20,000 bases of DNA from an uncultured virus (IMG/VR IMGVR_UViG_3300047094_001104). Lineage: Duplodnaviria > Heunggongvirae > Uroviricota > Caudoviricetes. The notes under the pieces were generated by a model, which worked only from the letters and a program-made list of their open reading frames with translations, made no database searches and was not told the origin of the DNA. Below are positions 15,769 to 20,000 of this stretch, in pieces (the stretch's first letter is position 1; each line of letters begins with the position of its first letter). Position numbers and translations under genes: made by a program. The DNA lies in the IMG/VR virus record IMGVR_UViG_3300047094_001104; one strand, written 5' to 3'.

Positions 15769-15901
15769 GGGCATTTAGTTTAATCTGGCTAAAACACAAG
15801 AGAGAACTCGGAAGCACGGATCGATACGTGCAGAAGGCAACAGAGTAATTACCTGTCAGCAAATCAATCTTGAAAACGCGGTTCGAAACCGTGAATGCTC
15901 A
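15769..15901 (+). ncRNA. tRNA-like RNA with a 66-nt insert in place of the anticodon loop
   Basis: Acceptor GGGCATT/AATGCTC, TA, D arm GTTT-AATCTGGCTA-AAAC, anticodon stem CAAGA/TCTTG, T arm CGCGG-TTCGAAA-CCGTG. Confidence 0.75.
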
Positions 15902-15902
15902 G

Positions 15903-15987
15903 CATATACTGTAGGTGGCAACACCGAATAACGAGGCGTCAACGTATGTTACTACGCCTACAAGGCCGAAAGGCTGGAGAGTATATG
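15903..15987 (+). ncRNA. Putative multi-branch ncRNA B
   Basis: Closing stem CATATACT/AGTATATG; arms GGTG-gcaa-CACC, AGGCGT/ACGCCT, GCC-gaaa-GGC (two GNRA loops). Confidence 0.5.
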
Positions 15988-15994
15988 AGATTTG

Positions 15995-16024
15995 AAAAGC
16001 CCGGCTATATGCTGGGCTTTTTTT
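15995..16024 (+). terminator. Rho-independent terminator
   Basis: AAAAGCCCGGC-tatat-GCTGGGC-TTTTTTT. Confidence 0.8.
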
Positions 16025-16030
16025 ATTGGT

Positions 16031-16085
16031 GGGCTGAAAGACGCCTTCCTTCCTGTTACACCCGGCCACTTGTGGCGGGTGTCAC
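16031..16085 (+). repeat. Bipartite hairpin repeat, copy 10
   Basis: GGGCTGAAAGACGCC...GTT-ACACCCG-gccacttgtgg-CGGGTGT-CAC. Confidence 0.9.
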
Positions 16086-16125
16086 TTCAGTAACTTCCAA
16101 GCGACTCAAATCGTGAGTTTTTCGC

Positions 16126-16153
16126 TTGACAATTATTGATAGTGTGTTACAAT
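16126..16153 (+). promoter_or_regulatory. sigma70-type promoter
   Basis: TTGACA-N16-TACAAT with TGn extension. Confidence 0.7.
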
Positions 16154-16191
16154 GCACCAGTCAAGTCAATCACCCCTATTTGGAGCGAGTT

Positions 16192-16878
16192 ATGTGGGTT
16201 TCTCTTAATATGCAATCTGACAATATAAAAGTTGGCAAAATCCCTGTTTCCACTACTGAGAAAAAATCGTGCCCTATCGAGTGTCCTCTTAATGATACGG
16301 ATTGTTACGCCCGCTTCGGTCCCCTAGGGATGCACTGGCGGAAAATCGGGGAAGGTGGTCGCGGGGACAATTGGGACTCGTTTTGCAAACGAGTCGAAAG
16401 ATTCCCGAAGGGGCAATTGTGGCGGCACAATCAAGCCGGGGACTTTCCTCAAGATGAAAACGGCAAAATTGATGCGGAAAAGACTGCCGCACTAGGGCGG
16501 GCTTCAGCTCACACTAGGGGTTGGACCTATACCCACTATAATCCTACGGATTCTCAGAATCGAGAGGCTATCAAGTCTCTCAACGAATCCGGAGGACTAA
16601 CTGTCAATTTGTCCGCTGATAGTATGGCAGAAGCGGACCAGTATGCCCAACTGAACATCGGTCCAGTGGTCGTGATCCTTCCGCAAGATGCACCTACGCG
16701 GGGGAATAAGACACCCCTAGGGTTGCCGATTGTGGTATGTCCTGCTCAAACGCAGGAATCTATGACTTGCGACCAGTGCAAACTGTGCCAAGTCAGGGAC
16801 CGGAAAAGTATTGTTGGATTTCTCGCACATGGGACCGCGAAGAAGCGACTTTCCCATAAGCTAGAAAGCCAAGAATGA
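16192..16878 (+). CDS. Cys-rich phage protein, possibly Fe-S/radical-SAM-like (mycobacteriophage Gp88-like pattern)
   Basis: SCPIECPLNDTDCYA, WRHNQAGD, WTYTH, NLSAD, VCPAQ...TCDQCKLC; GGAG SD before ATG 16192. Confidence 0.6.
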   Translation: MWVSLNMQSDNIKVGKIPVSTTEKKSCPIECPLNDTDCYARFGPLGMHWRKIGEGGRGDNWDSFCKRVERFPKGQLWRHNQAGDFPQDENGKIDAEKTAALGRASAHTRGWTYTHYNPTDSQNREAIKSLNESGGLTVNLSADSMAEADQYAQLNIGPVVVILPQDAPTRGNKTPLGLPIVVCPAQTQESMTCDQCKLCQVRDRKSIVGFLAHGTAKKRLSHKLESQE

Positions 16879-16955
16879 GGCTGCTTTTCTGGCTCATGAT
16901 GGTCCTGCTTGCGGGAATGCTCAAGGGAATCCTAGGGTATAAGGACGGGCGGTGA
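16875..16955 (+). CDS. 26-aa hydrophobic peptide (paralog of 18361-18441)
   Basis: MRLLFWLMMVLLAGMLKGILGYKDGR*, ATGA-coupled to the upstream gene. Confidence 0.6.
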   Translation: MRLLFWLMMVLLAGMLKGILGYKDGR

Positions 16956-16981
16956 GTAAGGGGGAGGGAATACCTCCCCTC

Positions 16982-17035
16982 GGCCCGCCGGGCCTGAGCC
17001 TTCCTGTTTGTTCCGCCTGTCATGGCGGAACACAC
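16982..17035 (+). repeat. Bipartite hairpin repeat, copy 11 (divergent)
   Basis: GGCCCgccGGGCC...CCTGTT-TGTTCCG-cctgtcatgg-CGGAACA-CAC. Confidence 0.75.
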
Positions 17036-17075
17036 TTCGCGTCTCTTTCATGCTAGTCTTTCTTACTAATTGCTA

Positions 17076-17103
17076 TTGACATAAGAAACATGTCTGATAC
17101 AAT
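17076..17103 (+). promoter_or_regulatory. sigma70-type promoter
   Basis: TTGACA-N16-TACAAT with TGn extension. Confidence 0.7.
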
Positions 17104-17139
17104 GGGTGTATAAGAAATAACAAACCAAAGGAGTCAACA

Positions 17140-17373
17140 GTGGAAATCAATTGGCCAGAGAATTCAAAATCAGAAATTTCCGCCAAAGTGATCCTTGATG
17201 GGATCACAATTCGACACGCGGGGACTGCCTGCTATGATGGGGATTATTCTCCTATCGTTATCGAGTGGTACGATGGGGTTCCTCGTATCATCATCTGGGC
17301 TGACATCAACGATCAAGATCCCACACACATCATCGACATGAGCAAGGCTTTGGAGTCTAATCGTCATGAGTAA
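17140..17373 (+). CDS. Hypothetical protein
   Basis: AAGGAG SD before GTG. Confidence 0.7.
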   Translation: MEINWPENSKSEISAKVILDGITIRHAGTACYDGDYSPIVIEWYDGVPRIIIWADINDQDPTHIIDMSKALESNRHE

Positions 17374-17848
17374 ACCAATTGCAAACTCCTACTGTAAACA
17401 ACTGACCCTCCTCGATCCTGAGAAACCCTGCCGAGTCTACCGAAATTTGCACACGGGTCTTTGGTCCGTCAAGCAGGGTGTGGTACGGTTTCACACGCAA
17501 TGTATTTTCCTCAAAAACGTGACCTTTCCAGTTAATGAGAAAGTCCGCCAACGTGTGATTGCGAACAAGAGGAAAGAGGTTCATGCTTTTGTAATGGGAT
17601 TCCTCATGGAAGCTGGAGACGCCCCGCTCTTCAGCGATTACTGCAAGGATAATCAGGAAGTGACCTACAACCCTTACAAGAATGAGACATTCGTCTGCAA
17701 GGATGGAAAAGTCAGATCAGCAACAATGTGTTGTCTGATCAAACAAGAAGAAGGCGAAGCCTTCAAAATGAAAGTTTTCGCAAGTGGTATATTGACAGAG
17801 GCTACATCGCCTGCTATGATTCAGTCAGTTCCAGTTCACATGTTATGA
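17366..17848 (+). CDS. Hypothetical phage protein
   Basis: VYRNLHTGLWSV...RKEVHAFVMG...VTYNPYK; GGAG SD. Confidence 0.7.
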   Translation: MSKPIANSYCKQLTLLDPEKPCRVYRNLHTGLWSVKQGVVRFHTQCIFLKNVTFPVNEKVRQRVIANKRKEVHAFVMGFLMEAGDAPLFSDYCKDNQEVTYNPYKNETFVCKDGKVRSATMCCLIKQEEGEAFKMKVFASGILTEATSPAMIQSVPVHML

Positions 17849-17911
17849 TCCCAGATGTTCTGGGATCGAATTTCAAAGACCGGCAAAGCCGGACAAAAAG
17901 GATAATTCATC

Positions 17912-18280
17912 ATGGTCACAGTTACAGAACTTCGTTCAGCTTACGCACTCGCCGCCGCCAATGGTGAGACCAACGAACAGTTGGCCGCAACACTTGGAAT
18001 CAAGCTAGCTTCGCTCCAACAGAACATCACAGCGGCCCGAAAAGATCTGCGGGAGATTGGCACCACTGAGGATGAACTCAAGCTTATCTTCCCTCCTCTC
18101 AAGCGTCGAACCGGCCCCCGCACTTCAAAGCGAGCAGAAGCTTTGATCGCGTTGCGTGATGCTGCCAGAACTATCGCACCTCCTCAAGATGAGGCTCCTC
18201 CCGAAGGCGAAGCCTTCCCCGAATCCGAGGACGGAGTCCTCACCGATTCCGAGCTGGAAGCATTGACTGCTCCGGTATAG
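17912..18280 (+). CDS. HTH-like protein with acidic C-terminal tail
   Basis: GETNEQLAATLGIKLASLQQNI; upstream TTGACA-N17-TATGAT at 17792-17820; AAGGA SD. Confidence 0.65.
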   Translation: MVTVTELRSAYALAAANGETNEQLAATLGIKLASLQQNITAARKDLREIGTTEDELKLIFPPLKRRTGPRTSKRAEALIALRDAARTIAPPQDEAPPEGEAFPESEDGVLTDSELEALTAPV

Positions 18281-18288
18281 TCCGATCC

Positions 18289-18324
18289 GAGGGGGCGGAT
18301 TGTTTCCGTCCCCTCTTGCTTTTT
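18289..18324 (+). terminator. Rho-independent terminator
   Basis: GAGGGGGCGGA-ttgtt-TCCGTCCCCTC followed by TTGCTTTTT. Confidence 0.65.
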
Positions 18325-18360
18325 GCAATTGTTCGGCTACAATGTGACCGGGGGAGCATT

Positions 18361-18441
18361 ATGCGTGTATTAAAGTTTGTGGCACTTTTGATCATTTTGT
18401 CGATGTTTAAAGGGATTTCGAGTTACAATGACGGTCGTTAA
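18361..18441 (+). CDS. 26-aa hydrophobic peptide (paralog of 16875-16955)
   Basis: MRVLKFVALLIILSMFKGISSYNDGR*, GGGAG SD. Confidence 0.65.
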   Translation: MRVLKFVALLIILSMFKGISSYNDGR

Positions 18442-18598
18442 CGTGAACTTGGACGATATTCAGGCCTTAAAGGCCCGGATTTCCACTCTTGAGGCTGAAA
18501 ATGCCTCACTTCGTGATGATATTAGTGAATTGGAGCGTGAAATGGAGTACATTTCGCGTGCAAAACACACAAAGCGTAAACGCTCGGAAGAAGACTAA
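18428..18598 (+). CDS. Small coiled-coil protein (not in ORF track)
   Basis: ...IQALKARISTLEAENASLRDDISELEREM heptad pattern; start at 18428 or 18443. Confidence 0.55.
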   Translation: MTVVNVNLDDIQALKARISTLEAENASLRDDISELEREMEYISRAKHTKRKRSEED

Positions 18599-18604
18599 AT
18601 CCTA

Positions 18605-18633
18605 GGGGAGGGCGATTGCTCTCCCCCTTTTTT
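18605..18633 (+). terminator. Rho-independent terminator
   Basis: GGGGAGGGC-gatt-GCTCTCCCC followed by C and a T-run. Confidence 0.7.
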
Positions 18634-18638
18634 GTTCT

Positions 18639-18691
18639 GGGGTGACTGAGCTGTACTATGCAGTTCATTCCGCCCGAAAGGGGCGGAATGC
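18639..18691 (+). repeat. Bipartite hairpin repeat, copy 12 (divergent)
   Basis: GGGGTGACTGAG...GTT-CATTCCG-cccgaaagggg-CGGAATG-C, same spacing as copy 1. Confidence 0.65.
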
Positions 18692-19131
18692 GTTTACTCC
18701 AATTTTTCCCGGAACTAGGAGCCCCTCCCCATCCACGAGAAAATCCAACATCCACCTTGACACCGCCCAGCTTCTCAGTTCGCCTTGTACCACGGGTTGA
18801 CGGTGGTCAGGACCTGCAGTTACTTTTTGTCGGAGTAAATAGATATGTGCCTACATTTAGTAACTTTCCAGAATCTTTCTGAATTTGAAATTCTTGCACG
18901 AATGTTCTTGATTCTCAGTGTGTTTAGTCATATTTGAATCGCAGAGAAACGAGGACTGACCCGATTAGGGCAGGGCTCCGAGTGAACGAAGATTGGGCTT
19001 CTCCCCGACATGGAGATAGGAACAAGAATCGCATCAGTAAAAGAAAGAGTCAGGGATCGACCAGTGCTCTAGAATCGGAGGGGTGGGTTTCAAGAAGCCA
19101 CCTGTGTTCTGAATTATGTTCTAGGATTGTA

Positions 19132-19159
19132 TTGACAACAGTGGAAGATGATGTATAAT
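19132..19159 (+). promoter_or_regulatory. sigma70-type promoter
   Basis: TTGACA-N16-TATAAT. Confidence 0.7.
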
Positions 19160-19278
19160 GGAGGAGTGCGGTGACGCGGCTCTTGTCCTCAGTTAAGGGC
19201 AAACCGCTAACAACAGGCCGATCAAAAAACGTCATGCTTAATAGTACTCCCTCTACCTCCTTATTGATTGGTACAATC

Positions 19279-19485
19279 ATGTTTGATAAAGAATCCCTCC
19301 AAGATGATATTGATGATATCTCTACTGAGATTACTAACATCAAGTGTAGTTTTGATTGCCTTGAGGAAAGTGATAGACTCGATGACGTATGGGCCAATTT
19401 AGCGATCATCAGCGATGAGGCTGCTAAGCTAGCAAATTTGGCTGAGGCGTTGCTGTCCCGAGTTAAAGCGATGAAGAAGGGCTGA
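19279..19485 (+). CDS. Small acidic helical protein
   Basis: MFDKESLQDDIDDISTEI...; start corrected from ORF 19171. Confidence 0.55.
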   Translation: MFDKESLQDDIDDISTEITNIKCSFDCLEESDRLDDVWANLAIISDEAAKLANLAEALLSRVKAMKKG

Positions 19486-19517
19486 CGTAGCCCTACCTTC
19501 CCGTTCGGCCCTTGTGA
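19478..19517 (+). repeat. Degenerate 13th copy of the repeat
   Basis: AGGGCTGACGTAGCCCT-accttcc-CGTT with the same TGA-to-GTT spacing, then CGGCCCTTGTG (remnant of CGGCCACTTGTGG) without the outer stem. Confidence 0.45.
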
Positions 19518-19547
19518 CCACTTATCTATCCATGGTTAGGACTTGCA

Positions 19548-19709
19548 ATGACTATTATCATCTGTGCCTTCTGTGCTATTATTCAGTTACCTTCAGCTAT
19601 GGATGCAAACAATCCAGCAGCTTGGACCAATTGGTTGTCTATTGGATTCTGTTTGGGGCTGATGACTTCGAGTATCACAGACGTGGTCGTGAAGAGCATC
19701 GTGAAGTAA
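19548..19709 (+). CDS. Small membrane protein, 53 aa (not in ORF track)
   Basis: MTIIICAFCAIIQLP...WTNWLSIGFCLGLM...; AGGA SD. Confidence 0.55.
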   Translation: MTIIICAFCAIIQLPSAMDANNPAAWTNWLSIGFCLGLMTSSITDVVVKSIVK

Positions 19710-19769
19710 CGGAAGACAAGGGGAAAATCGGCCCACTTCCTTTTTACTGAATGCGATTGAGGCGAAGCC

Positions 19770-19988
19770 ATGTACTGTGTGGTTACAAGTGTCGGGGATA
19801 AGGTAATCCAAATCGAGGGTCCTTATATTAGCCAAGGAGCAGCGTATCTTGATATAAAGAAGTCCCAAGCTGCGGCAGACAAGATACAATGGATGAAAAA
19901 GATGGAGATCACGAGACTCATCTATCCATTGGTTGGACCGGACAGAGAGGAAGAAGATACTTTCTTCGAAGAAGATCTTAACGGATGA
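19770..19988 (+). CDS. Hypothetical protein
   Basis: GAGG SD, 72 aa. Confidence 0.6.
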   Translation: MYCVVTSVGDKVIQIEGPYISQGAAYLDIKKSQAAADKIQWMKKMEITRLIYPLVGPDREEEDTFFEEDLNG

Positions 19989-20000
19989 CCTCGGGCAAGT

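Noticed and set aside
15802..15867. Insert as a BHB or group I intron, or as tmRNA
   Set aside because: No 4-bp helix with 3-nt bulges, too short for group I, no U33 after hypothetical splicing, no Ala G3-U70 identity
15903..15987. Hammerhead ribozyme
   Set aside because: Lacks the CUGANGA core
15895..16116. 73-aa ORF
   Set aside because: Runs across structured RNA, a terminator and a repeat; no SD
6549..18691. Repeats as a CRISPR array
   Set aside because: Intervals are 0.4-2 kb and contain genes, repeats vary internally, and no cas genes are in the window
6549..18691. Repeats as canonical integron attC sites
   Set aside because: No RYYYAAC...GTTRRRY box pair, and no integron integrase in the window; only an analogy is retained
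1..20000. Stop-codon recoding explaining the many short ORFs
   Set aside because: Recognisable genes are intact in the standard code, all three stops end genes, short genes have their own SD or promoters, and no suppressor tRNA was seen

Overview
Segment of a large tailed-phage genome (or prophage). Positions 1-3634 are a minus-strand late/packaging block: N-terminus of a terminase large subunit (missed by the ORF track), SPFH protein, ERCC4 nuclease, TM+PAS protein, small HNH, HTH/coiled-coil protein and a sigma-factor-like protein. Two homing-endonuclease-like genes follow on the + strand (3773-5115). From about 5250 to the end lies a + strand early/accessory region of many short genes driven by near-consensus sigma70 promoters, with DUF932, a permuted GHKL-ATPase/HExxH protein, two tRNAs (Ile-UAU, Glu-UUC) and an antisense HNH gene. 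Most notable: (1) a ~55-nt bipartite intergenic element repeated 12 times plus one degenerate copy, all co-oriented, with fixed spacing and a 7-bp stem whose outer 4 bp vary but stay complementary; (2) a promoter-to-terminator ncRNA unit at 15583-16024 containing a tRNA whose anticodon loop is replaced by a 66-nt structured insert, flanked by two further multi-branch RNAs. All calls come from reading the sequence by eye; no database searches were run.
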